DNA of 64,000 nucleotides from an uncultured virus (IMG/VR IMGVR_UViG_3300033155_000850) (lineage: Duplodnaviria; Heunggongvirae; Uroviricota; Caudoviricetes). The stretch lies in IMG/VR virus record IMGVR_UViG_3300033155_000850; one strand, 5' to 3'. Made by a program: the position numbers and the translations under genes. The notes under the pieces were generated by a model that ran no database searches, was not told the origin of the DNA, and saw only the letters and a program-made list of their open reading frames with translations. Below, in pieces: positions 31,354 through 39,596 of this stretch (position 1 is its first letter; the number at the start of each line of letters is the position of its first letter).

Positions 31354-31643
31354 TGGATCGTAAAACAATCATAGGGAATGCTATTACTGCTGTAGTGACT
31401 GCTGTAGTGATGGGAGTTCTTGCATCTGTACTAGGAATACTGAATGCTGGTAATATAGCTTTAGATGAAGCTCAGATTGAAAAAGTTATTAATAGAATAA
31501 TGATATTAGATGATGGAGAATCATATGGAGCTACACTGTCTTCAATCAATATTCACTTAGGATCAATTGATACTAGCCTTGGACATATTCAAGGGGACAT
31601 TCAACGAATAGATAGTGCGGTAGGCGCATTGGCGACAGAATGA
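31353..31643 (+). CDS. Small membrane protein
   Basis: N-terminal TM helix; heptad repeats. Confidence 0.6.
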   Translation: MDRKTIIGNAITAVVTAVVMGVLASVLGILNAGNIALDEAQIEKVINRIMILDDGESYGATLSSINIHLGSIDTSLGHIQGDIQRIDSAVGALATE

Positions 31644-31966
31644 TGATTGAAATATCTACAGACGTTTTAATTGGAGTGGTTATAGGTATCGTCATACCGA
31701 TATTGCTTTGGGGTATGAAGATGTATTGGATGACTAAACGTAATCTCAATATGCATTTAGATCCAGAAGAATACGGATTTGGTAGTAATAGTACCAATGT
31801 TTTACTGGAAGATTTAATGGAGAAACAGGCTGTTATTCATAGAGAAAATATGGCATCAGATAAATCATCTAGATATGCTATAAGAGAACTATCTCACTAT
31901 GTGAGATGGGATACTAGACAACGTATGGGTAAAGAACCACCACCTTATGTTCGTAACGGAGATTGA
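31640..31966 (+). CDS. Small membrane protein
   Basis: N-terminal TM helix. Confidence 0.6.
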   Translation: MMIEISTDVLIGVVIGIVIPILLWGMKMYWMTKRNLNMHLDPEEYGFGSNSTNVLLEDLMEKQAVIHRENMASDKSSRYAIRELSHYVRWDTRQRMGKEPPPYVRNGD

Positions 31967-31979
31967 TGTAGGGAATTTA

Positions 31980-32006
31980 GAGCCGCCTATTTAGGCGGCT
32001 TTTTTT
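31980..32006 (+). terminator. Rho-independent terminator at the convergence of the two transcription arms
   Basis: AGCCGCCTA-TT-TAGGCGGCT then a T tract. Confidence 0.9.
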
Positions 32007-32015
32007 AAGGACCTT

Positions 32016-32156
32016 TTATTCGTCTTTACTGTCTTGAAGAAATTTAAAATATTGCTCTGCATTTTCTACGACATCTTTAGCCGTTTCATCAGCTAATCGA
32101 TGACGTGCAGCTTCATGTAGTGCATCTTGTCGATTTTCTTTTTCGTCTTTGTCCAT
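32016..32156 (-). CDS. 46-aa protein MDKDEKENRQDALHEAARHRLADETAKDVVENAEQYFKFLQDSKDE
   Basis: AAGGAG RBS; absent from the ORF track. Confidence 0.65.
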   Translation of the reverse strand: MDKDEKENRQDALHEAARHRLADETAKDVVENAEQYFKFLQDSKDE

Positions 32157-32195
32157 TTCACTTCTCCTTGCGGGATCAGCCCGCTTTAAAATTAC

Positions 32196-32231
32196 TTGGA
32201 CCTTTGGACCTTTTGGACCTTTGGACCTTTG
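32196..32231 (+). repeat. Four tandem TTGGACCTT-type units
   Basis: GGACCTT at 32198, 32206, 32215 and 32223. Confidence 0.9.
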
Positions 32232-32234
32232 AAC

Positions 32235-33317
32235 TTATATATCTTCTCGCCATCTAATAGCTACGGGGTGAAACGGTATTTTATCTTTAGTTAACTGACT
32301 ATACTCTACAGTAACCATTTTACCTATATAGTTATCCGCATTATATAAAACCTCTCTCTTCTGCTCTATAGTACCAGGTGCCGACACACCGAATTTTCTT
32401 TTTTCAGAATCTTCACACTCTAGTACAGCCCATCCATCTTTAGATTCTCTAATAGCTATACATTTAAATTCACCGTCAAACATTTCTTTGACTTTGATCA
32501 GTGATCTGGACCTTGCACCTATTTCGTATCCAGTCATTCCATGTCGTATAATTATACCTTCATACCCACGACCTATTTGATGTCTTAGATTAGGCCCTAC
32601 AAAATCCATAGAATCTATCTTACCTGTTTCAGCTATTGATATATGTGGATGACTGTCTAGTACTCTAGATTGTAATATCATACTTATAGAAGCATACCGT
32701 TCAATGAAAGGAGCGGGGTGAACAATATCAAATATGATATAAACTAGATTGGCAGACTCAGGTTGATTACGTTTAATCCAGCTGGCAATCGTTTGTAACG
32801 GAGTGCCATGATGATATAACTCACCATCCAAGATAGTACCGCTAGCAAGATTGGATAGAGGCTCTAATATATGTGGAACTGAAGTAATAGGTTTACCTTG
32901 TCTTGACCAAGCTCTAACTTGCCCATCTTGCACTTCTACCATCATACGATGACCGTCATATTTAGGTTGGCAAAATGCCGTCGACCAATCTATATGAGAT
33001 ATTCTCTTAATTGGCTGTGCTAGCATGGGTTTAAAGTTACCAGAAGCATCTCTACCTACATTGATATGAGCTTTTTCTAATGTCCTATTATAACCTTTAT
33101 CTAGCTGTTTGTTTATTCTCGATTTTACTCTAGATATTAATTGTTGATCGTGAGTACGACCACCTAAACCTAACGCTACAGACTCAGTCTGTGTCTGCAT
33201 AGCTCCACCCAACACACCATACTTGATAATGATGCTAGTGTCGTATATTTTAATAGACCAGACGCGCTCAGCGCCCGTTTTATCTACTTTATAGAGTTTA
33301 ACTGTTGTCGTGCGCAT
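32235..33317 (-). CDS. lig: ATP-dependent DNA ligase with WGR-like N-terminus
   Basis: KPMLA, QPKYDGHR, LDGELY, FDI, EGIIIR, LIKVK, PFHP. Confidence 0.93.
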   Translation of the reverse strand: MRTTTVKLYKVDKTGAERVWSIKIYDTSIIIKYGVLGGAMQTQTESVALGLGGRTHDQQLISRVKSRINKQLDKGYNRTLEKAHINVGRDASGNFKPMLAQPIKRISHIDWSTAFCQPKYDGHRMMVEVQDGQVRAWSRQGKPITSVPHILEPLSNLASGTILDGELYHHGTPLQTIASWIKRNQPESANLVYIIFDIVHPAPFIERYASISMILQSRVLDSHPHISIAETGKIDSMDFVGPNLRHQIGRGYEGIIIRHGMTGYEIGARSRSLIKVKEMFDGEFKCIAIRESKDGWAVLECEDSEKRKFGVSAPGTIEQKREVLYNADNYIGKMVTVEYSQLTKDKIPFHPVAIRWREDI

Positions 33318-33325
33318 CTGATTTA

Positions 33326-33381
33326 CTCCGTTTAAAACAATCAGTAGTAACTATAACTAGCAGAGAATAGTAGATTACTAC
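33326..33381 (+). repeat. 56-bp inverted repeat, left copy (hairpin-element copy 3)
   Basis: 54/56 identity to the reverse complement of 38154-38209. Confidence 0.93.
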
Positions 33382-33587
33382 TTATTATGAGAACAGTCCG
33401 GACAGATAGCACTAGCACCTATAGTATGGCTAGAAAAGTTCCATCCTTCTTTTTCTAATTCTGGTAGACGTTTTAAGGCATTGTATCTGCCGAACTGTTC
33501 AACTTTACCGCAGTCATCACATCTAGCTGCGCCCGGTTCTCTATTAAATGCGAACATTGATATACCGGTGACTGTAGTGGTTTTCAT
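33378..33587 (-). CDS. Small zinc-finger protein
   Basis: CDDC...GW...CPDC. Confidence 0.6.
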   Translation of the reverse strand: MKTTTVTGISMFAFNREPGAARCDDCGKVEQFGRYNALKRLPELEKEGWNFSSHTIGASAICPDCSHNK

Positions 33588-33590
33588 AAC

Positions 33591-34058
33591 TTATTCCGTT
33601 TTAGTTCTTTCTTCATCTTGCTGTACGCCTGATGGTGCCGGATACTGTGTACCCATACCTGGATCACCTGGAGTAGCCGCGTATGGAGTAAATACTCCAC
33701 GACGTACTTCTATATTTCTAAATACAACGTTAAACATTTCTTTATGGTCGTCTACTCTCTCACGTTCATACTGTGCAGTTAGCTCTAGTTTTAACATCTC
33801 TTTTTCACGAGTTTCTAGTTCATCTTCTCTATCGTTATAAGCTTTTAATGCAGCAGTTACTTTTTCTAGTTGTTCACATTTACCGTTAAAGTTTTTGTTC
33901 AAACTTTCATAGATTCTTTTCGATTCTTCTAACTCGACTTTTAATGATTTTAATTTTTCTATAGTCTTATTAAAAAATCCAACAGCTTCCTCTGTAAGAG
34001 TTCCATCTATACCCGCTTTTTGTATTATCTTTTGAATTTGATCTACTGTATTTGACAT
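33591..34058 (-). CDS. Coiled-coil hypothetical protein
   Basis: Operon packing. Confidence 0.65.
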   Translation of the reverse strand: MSNTVDQIQKIIQKAGIDGTLTEEAVGFFNKTIEKLKSLKVELEESKRIYESLNKNFNGKCEQLEKVTAALKAYNDREDELETREKEMLKLELTAQYERERVDDHKEMFNVVFRNIEVRRGVFTPYAATPGDPGMGTQYPAPSGVQQDEERTKTE

Positions 34059-34059
34059 T

Positions 34060-34680
34060 TTAGTTCCCTATTTCTTTGATTATACCACATTCATTACACA
34101 TTACTTGTTTAGTATTTTCTAATATTTTCATATCTAACCATGCAGATGTCCCGTCTTTTCGCATATGTAAACAGTTTTCAGGGTTGGAACTTGATGTTTC
34201 TATTTTACTGTCTGAAAATACTTCCATTTGTTCAGGAAATAACTCCCATCGTCTAATAAAATTAGAAGCTATCCACAGATTTTCACACGTCTTCATATGT
34301 GGATATGGATCTTGGAATACTATACGATCACACCCAGTATTCATTAACAGTTTAACGCAATGAATACATGGTGCTGTTGTACAGTATGCTACCCTTATTT
34401 CTTCAACGTCGTTACATTGGAGGAGAGCATTTGCTTCAGCATGGATAGCTTCGCATTGCTCCAAACCCAATCCTGAATCCATTTCAGAACCTTTACAAGG
34501 TGAGTCAAGGCAGTTATCAACACCCCTAGCACGGCCATTATAACCAGTAGCAACGACATGATTGAGAGAGTTAACAAGGACGCAGCCAACTTGACGACGA
34601 ACGCAAGCACCGCGTAAGGATACAAGACGAGCCATTTTAATAAAGTATTCATCACAATCCATTCGAGTATTTATTTTCAT
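34060..34680 (-). CDS. dCMP deaminase
   Basis: C.RRQVG, TGYNG, HAEANAL, PCIHC Zn-binding motifs. Confidence 0.92.
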   Translation of the reverse strand: MKINTRMDCDEYFIKMARLVSLRGACVRRQVGCVLVNSLNHVVATGYNGRARGVDNCLDSPCKGSEMDSGLGLEQCEAIHAEANALLQCNDVEEIRVAYCTTAPCIHCVKLLMNTGCDRIVFQDPYPHMKTCENLWIASNFIRRWELFPEQMEVFSDSKIETSSSNPENCLHMRKDGTSAWLDMKILENTKQVMCNECGIIKEIGN

Positions 34681-35461
34681 TTATCCAGTCCGTAAAGTGG
34701 TGGTCTACACGATGGTTTATAGAGTTGAAATCCATTAGGTTTAATACTTCTCTTTTATCGTATATTTCTGGGCAGTATACTTCATAATAACCATTTTGAC
34801 CATGTTCTATTAATTTATCTAGCATTTCAAAATGTCGTTCATATACATGAAATGAATCTACTTTATGAGTATATGAACCCATAATCAAGTCATCATAACC
34901 ACTATCTCTTAGCATTACGTATACCATCTCATGTAATACAGAGAAACAAAATGTGTCGTTAGTAAATCCCCATATAGCGTCTTGACTTCTCATATTAACA
35001 CTCATATAGAGATGATTTTCTCTAATACGAAATCCTACGCTATATGTACACACTATATCTACATTCCCTATAAACAAGTGATCTTTATTCAACATAGGAA
35101 TTATTGCTTGACGACTATCTTTATCTTTAATTAACTGGTCTACAACCCAGTTAAATCCATTGGAATTAGGACCAAACCAGTATTGACCGTAATTTGAAAA
35201 CCAAGATCCGTCAGATTGACGTAACTCGCTCCACATACTGGCCGAACTAGTTATACTATCATCCCATTTATCCCCTGTTAGATACCACAGCATTTCGAAT
35301 TTAGCGTAATCTAAATTAAATTCTCTAGCTATATATGATGTGAATTTATCACGTGGACCCATAGTCATCATATAGTTTTGTATCTCTATAATCTTCTTAC
35401 CTCTAGGAGAAGCTATTTTTCCTTTACTTCTTAAATCTTTATAGACGGATAGAAATCTCAT
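34652..35461 (-). CDS. Thymidylate synthase homologue, dCMP hydroxymethylase type
   Basis: DSRQA, catalytic VCT, MRSQDAIWGFTND (Asp as in T4 gp42 GFRND rather than the Asn of dUMP-specific TS), SFHVYERH. Confidence 0.85.
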   Translation of the reverse strand: MRFLSVYKDLRSKGKIASPRGKKIIEIQNYMMTMGPRDKFTSYIAREFNLDYAKFEMLWYLTGDKWDDSITSSASMWSELRQSDGSWFSNYGQYWFGPNSNGFNWVVDQLIKDKDSRQAIIPMLNKDHLFIGNVDIVCTYSVGFRIRENHLYMSVNMRSQDAIWGFTNDTFCFSVLHEMVYVMLRDSGYDDLIMGSYTHKVDSFHVYERHFEMLDKLIEHGQNGYYEVYCPEIYDKREVLNLMDFNSINHRVDHHFTDWINENKYSNGL

Positions 35462-35984
35462 AATCTATTTCCTCTATTAATGATTCAAATGGCCTTACTT
35501 TGAAGTCGTAACGTATTACCCCGGGTAAATCATGCGCCATCATAACATAATTATTGTGGACAATACTGTTTTCTAATTTCATTTTTTCTAAGTCTTTTTT
35601 AGACTCATGCACACCTCTAACATGGTTATCTAAATCTTGACCTGTACACACTATAACTACTGAATCTAACATAGCTACTTTAGTATAATATGCATGCATT
35701 ATCATATCATTTTCATCTAGAGGCGGCATGTTACAAGTATTACTTATTCCAGTAAATCTATCCCATACACATGACGTCATTTTTAACCATGCGCATTGGT
35801 ATATCATACATACTTCAGCATGTTCTCTATCTACGGGTTTAGGCCCTGCTCTAAAAGTGTATATACCGTAATGTTTTCCTAATCTAGTAGATAGAGTAGA
35901 TTTACCCGATGCATCAGCACCCTCTACTATTATGGACCTTTTCTTGGGTTGATCTACCTTTAATGTGGCTACTTTAGGACCCAC
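35439..35984 (-). CDS. Nucleoside monophosphate kinase-like P-loop protein
   Basis: IIVEGADASGKSTL, WDRF. Confidence 0.75.
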   Translation of the reverse strand: MGPKVATLKVDQPKKRSIIVEGADASGKSTLSTRLGKHYGIYTFRAGPKPVDREHAEVCMIYQCAWLKMTSCVWDRFTGISNTCNMPPLDENDMIMHAYYTKVAMLDSVVIVCTGQDLDNHVRGVHESKKDLEKMKLENSIVHNNYVMMAHDLPGVIRYDFKVRPFESLIEEIDYEISIRL

Positions 35985-36429
35985 GATTATTCACCTTATC
36001 TAATATTCTTGCGAATTTAAGTTCAGGGTTAGTCCATGAATCTGGCTTAATAGCATCAGCTGCATCAAACCCTTCACGACCCTCTTTAACCCCTGATTTC
36101 TTAAGTAGATTAGCTTGATGAACTGCATCAAATAAATCACGATGAATAGTTTCACTTATACCGTTTTTATAGAATATCCCTAGTAAAAAATACTCTAAAT
36201 CTATTAGACCGTCTAATATACCTATAAAATCACCTTGTTTAAATGCTAATTCGATTTCGTCTATTTCTTCTCTTAATTGATGCATAGACAGTTTAAATTC
36301 CTCTTCAGATTGAGGCCCAGGCTTACGTCTATCAATATTCAATATGGTAGAGTTAAAATTAATTACATCTAACAATTGCTTGTTTATATTGATATACTGT
36401 ATATCACTCATGTTATCACCACTGTACAA
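35974..36429 (-). CDS. All-alpha NTP pyrophosphohydrolase (MazG/PRA-PH-like; putative dCTPase)
   Basis: LREE.DE, D.L.DL.Y, VH.AN..K, IKP.SW..P. Confidence 0.82.
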   Translation of the reverse strand: MYSGDNMSDIQYININKQLLDVINFNSTILNIDRRKPGPQSEEEFKLSMHQLREEIDEIELAFKQGDFIGILDGLIDLEYFLLGIFYKNGISETIHRDLFDAVHQANLLKKSGVKEGREGFDAADAIKPDSWTNPELKFARILDKVNNRGS

Positions 36430-38069
36430 ACCCTCTGTTTAATATCATTACTAAGTTGGAACTGGTGACATCTAAGTATATCTTGCATACTATAACATAT
36501 AGGCATACCGTGTTCATTAAATGAGGTGTTTATTAACATCTCATTAGGCATGTCAGTCAATATCGGATGCAACCAGTGATGAAGACCTATTATCTGTGGA
36601 CGACCCGTATAACCTGTAGGATTATCTGGATCATATATAGGTACTCTATGAGCAGCTCCCATAAACGAGTCATCCATTACTCTGTAATCTCTAGTACATA
36701 CCATATACTCTAGAGATTGGTGTATTTTACCTACATCTTTAAATAATCTATTAGCTCCTTTACGAGTAATTATGGGTGCCATTGGCATTATAGTGGACCT
36801 TCCATTAAGGGTATTTATATACTCTACATTAGATACACTGGGTTGAGCTAACGTAGTCGTATTTCCTAATGCTCTAGAACCGTATTCCATGTGACCCTTT
36901 ATCACATTAACTATAAAGTCTTGATTTAATAGATTAGTTATAAAAGGAATATATTCTTTAGGGTCATCAGTAAACATATGAAGCCTGTCTTCTTCTATAG
37001 AGTATATTTCTCTAGGCCCCCAACAAAGTGTATCTGGCCATATGAAATCGCTTTCAATAGCTTGGTATAATCCTATAGCTGCGCCTTGATCTCCAGCTAA
37101 AGGCATTATACACATTTCACCGGGTATAGATTTGGCTAGTTCATTATTCAGTTTCACATTCATGAACAATCCACCTACGACTATCAGATTGTACACGTTT
37201 AAGTCTTTAACTATGGTTTTAACTGTGTGTTCTAATCTAGTCTGTACGTAGTACGCTATCACAGCTTTCTTACCGTCTATAGAGTACTGAGGTCCTATAT
37301 CCATTTCATTTAATATTTTTTGAAAGTGTATAGCATACTGGTATCTTAATGCCGGTAAAGCATCCATAGCTAAAAGCGGATCGAATTGATCCACTATGTC
37401 TCCACTACGAATAATATCTAAATGGACCTTTGAATTTTTTTCAGCTAACTCAGATAATTTCTCTATCTCATCATCTATTAAGAAGTCACTGATATGAGCC
37501 TCATGTCCTAATAGCTTATATTCATCTTGGTTTTCTTTTAGCTCTAGAAAAGCTGTAGCGTATTGATACATAAGCCCCAAACTAGACTCATAACCAAAGG
37601 ACCTTTGGAATATTTTGGGTTCGCCATGATCATCTAGTTTATATAGAGACATAGTTTCACCAAAATTACCAAATCCGTCTGCTACCATGACCACTGTATC
37701 TCCTCTAGGAAATAACGGTCCGGCAAATGATATGGCGGACCATGCATGAGCGTCATGATGGGTAAACTCCATAGATACTGAGTGTATTTTAGCTTCTGGA
37801 ATATTGAAATGAAAGAATAAAGGGTCAAAATATTTATCATGTATATCAGGTAATTTACCGTCTACAAACCAGTGTGATATATAGATTTTAGCGATGTTTT
37901 CAAATGTCTCTGGATACAAATGTTTCAATTGTTCTATAGAGCATCGTGGAAACGAGCTATCACTTTTTTGTTTAGTTAATCGCTCTTCTTCAAAACCTGC
38001 AACTACATGACCGTTACGTACTAATATAGCACTAGAATTGTGACCTAATGATAGTAATAATCTAGACAT
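36408..38069 (-). CDS. O-carbamoyltransferase (NodU/CmcH/TobZ family)
   Basis: GHNSSA, EEER, HH.AHA, DG.G, SLG..Y, GG..MN..LN, GD.G.AIG, EYG.RALGN, NTSFN.HG. Confidence 0.92.
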   Translation of the reverse strand: MSRLLLSLGHNSSAILVRNGHVVAGFEEERLTKQKSDSSFPRCSIEQLKHLYPETFENIAKIYISHWFVDGKLPDIHDKYFDPLFFHFNIPEAKIHSVSMEFTHHDAHAWSAISFAGPLFPRGDTVVMVADGFGNFGETMSLYKLDDHGEPKIFQRSFGYESSLGLMYQYATAFLELKENQDEYKLLGHEAHISDFLIDDEIEKLSELAEKNSKVHLDIIRSGDIVDQFDPLLAMDALPALRYQYAIHFQKILNEMDIGPQYSIDGKKAVIAYYVQTRLEHTVKTIVKDLNVYNLIVVGGLFMNVKLNNELAKSIPGEMCIMPLAGDQGAAIGLYQAIESDFIWPDTLCWGPREIYSIEEDRLHMFTDDPKEYIPFITNLLNQDFIVNVIKGHMEYGSRALGNTTTLAQPSVSNVEYINTLNGRSTIMPMAPIITRKGANRLFKDVGKIHQSLEYMVCTRDYRVMDDSFMGAAHRVPIYDPDNPTGYTGRPQIIGLHHWLHPILTDMPNEMLINTSFNEHGMPICYSMQDILRCHQFQLSNDIKQRVCTVVIT

Positions 38070-38083
38070 TATAGTTCCTTAAA

Positions 38084-38153
38084 AAATTGAGGACACCGAC
38101 TAGTTAGTAGCAACCTCTGACAGCTCCTTTAAATTTGTCAGTGTCCTCAAATT
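38084..38153 (-). promoter_or_regulatory. Structured leader or terminator upstream of the carbamoyltransferase
   Basis: TTGAGGACAC...GTGTCCTCAA closing stem, inner CTGACA/TGTCAG hairpin, U-run on the - strand. Confidence 0.5.
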
Positions 38154-38209
38154 GTAGTAGTCTGCTATTCTCTGCTAGTTATAGTTACTACTGATTGTTT
38201 TAAACGGAG
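38154..38209 (-). repeat. 56-bp inverted repeat, right copy (hairpin-element copy 4)
   Basis: Reverse complement matches 33326-33381 with 2 mismatches. Confidence 0.93.
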
Positions 38210-38220
38210 AATTGTAGATA

Positions 38221-39090
38221 TTACCAAGAGCTCAATAATTTATCCATATCTTCATTTTCAGCGGTAGCATCAGCAGTAGATACGGGTGCAGCTGCTGTCG
38301 GTGCTGGTGGTGCAGGTGCCGCTGCTTCAGGTTCAGCTTTAGCCGTAGTTTGAGATGCAGTAGCCACTGTTTGATCTGACTTAGTTTGATGTTCTATAGC
38401 CGGTACAGCATCTGAATCCCACTCACGTGATGCTGCACGTTGTAGAGCTATAGTACCTTGTGCCTCGTTTAATACTCCAGCAGCTTTAAATACTAGTTTA
38501 GAGAAATCACTATCTTCGTCTATACCTATAATAGTAATAACGGACTCCAAAGGTATACCTTGCTTAGCTAAACCTTTACCAAAATCACTTAGATTTTTAA
38601 GTGATGCTACTGTTACATTCAAAGTAAATACTGTGCCGTTATCAATATTTTTAGCGTTAACCACCATTAATCTCTTACTATCACGACAAGCTTTAGCTTT
38701 ACCACCTGACATGGATTTAGCTGAACCCCACTTATTTTGAATACACGTAGAACACGTCTCTGATACCGGCGAAGTTATCCAAGAATCAGGTCTTACTCCA
38801 TCAAACGATGAGCAGTCAGGTGGACTACTATCACCTGGCTCATAAGAACCTTCATAGTAAGTTTTAGCCATTCCGGTTCCAGGTTGAACACCTATAATGA
38901 CTACTGGAATAGGCTCTGGTGTTTTCAATATTACTTCACCATTTTCAATAAAGTTGAATCGTCGTGATTTTAAACTGATACGAGGTACTGACTCTATTAC
39001 TGATACAACTTTACTTGCATCAGCCTCTACTTCCCCTGCCTCAATCTTATCTTTTAACCAATCTGGTAATGTTAGTTCTGTGCCTGACAT
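38221..39090 (-). CDS. Putative ssDNA-binding or annealing protein
   Basis: PRIS.K..RF, P.C.S.DG..PD, C..C..N.WGS...GKAC, acidic tail ending in W; replication context. Confidence 0.6.
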   Translation of the reverse strand: MSGTELTLPDWLKDKIEAGEVEADASKVVSVIESVPRISLKSRRFNFIENGEVILKTPEPIPVVIIGVQPGTGMAKTYYEGSYEPGDSSPPDCSSFDGVRPDSWITSPVSETCSTCIQNKWGSAKSMSGGKAKACRDSKRLMVVNAKNIDNGTVFTLNVTVASLKNLSDFGKGLAKQGIPLESVITIIGIDEDSDFSKLVFKAAGVLNEAQGTIALQRAASREWDSDAVPAIEHQTKSDQTVATASQTTAKAEPEAAAPAPPAPTAAAPVSTADATAENEDMDKLLSSW

Positions 39091-39530
39091 TATGATCTCC
39101 TAACTTGAATAGCTTCTTCAATTACATATTCAACACCGATATCCTGTGGTGCTATACTTTGCTTTTCCATCACTTCTACAAAGTGAAGTTTAGCAACCCG
39201 TTTTTCTACTAAACCGAAGTCATTAGTTTCCACCATGTATCTACATAGCTTCTCCCAACCATCAGGTCCAGCTACACGAGCAAAGGTTTTATCAGTTTTA
39301 AAAGCTGTACCATGGTCTGTTTTAAAGCTGTTAACACCTAATGTACGTGATAATTCTAAAACTTCGACTTCAATTTCAATCATTTCGGCTTTCATTTTAG
39401 CTTCTATTTCTTTCCACTTTTTACGAATTACGCCTAATCTATCTCTTTTAGATACGTATTCTTTGACTAAATCATCTATATTAACAGGTTCTTCAAAAGA
39501 TTCCGCTATAGATTTAGTTAAATCAGTCAT
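39090..39530 (-). CDS. Conserved phage replication-module protein
   Basis: G..S.KT.HGT, L.EKRV; typically adjacent to the SSB-like gene. Confidence 0.6.
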   Translation of the reverse strand: MTDLTKSIAESFEEPVNIDDLVKEYVSKRDRLGVIRKKWKEIEAKMKAEMIEIEVEVLELSRTLGVNSFKTDHGTAFKTDKTFARVAGPDGWEKLCRYMVETNDFGLVEKRVAKLHFVEVMEKQSIAPQDIGVEYVIEEAIQVRRS

Positions 39531-39557
39531 TATTTACTCCTACTTATACCTGTACTT

Positions 39558-39586
39558 ATTATACCGTAAAATAACACATAAGTATA
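39558..39586 (-). promoter_or_regulatory. Phage promoter TATACT-N17-TATAAT
   Basis: Family consensus with upstream GGAACCAG. Confidence 0.75.
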
Positions 39587-39596
39587 CTGGTTCCTA

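Noticed and set aside
34652..35461. Ordinary thymidylate synthase ThyA
   Set aside because: Asp rather than Asn at the specificity position; context of kinase, NTPase and carbamoyltransferase
33326..38209. Insertion sequence or transposon
   Set aside because: No transposase and no evident target-site duplication; kept only as an inverted-repeat-flanked cassette
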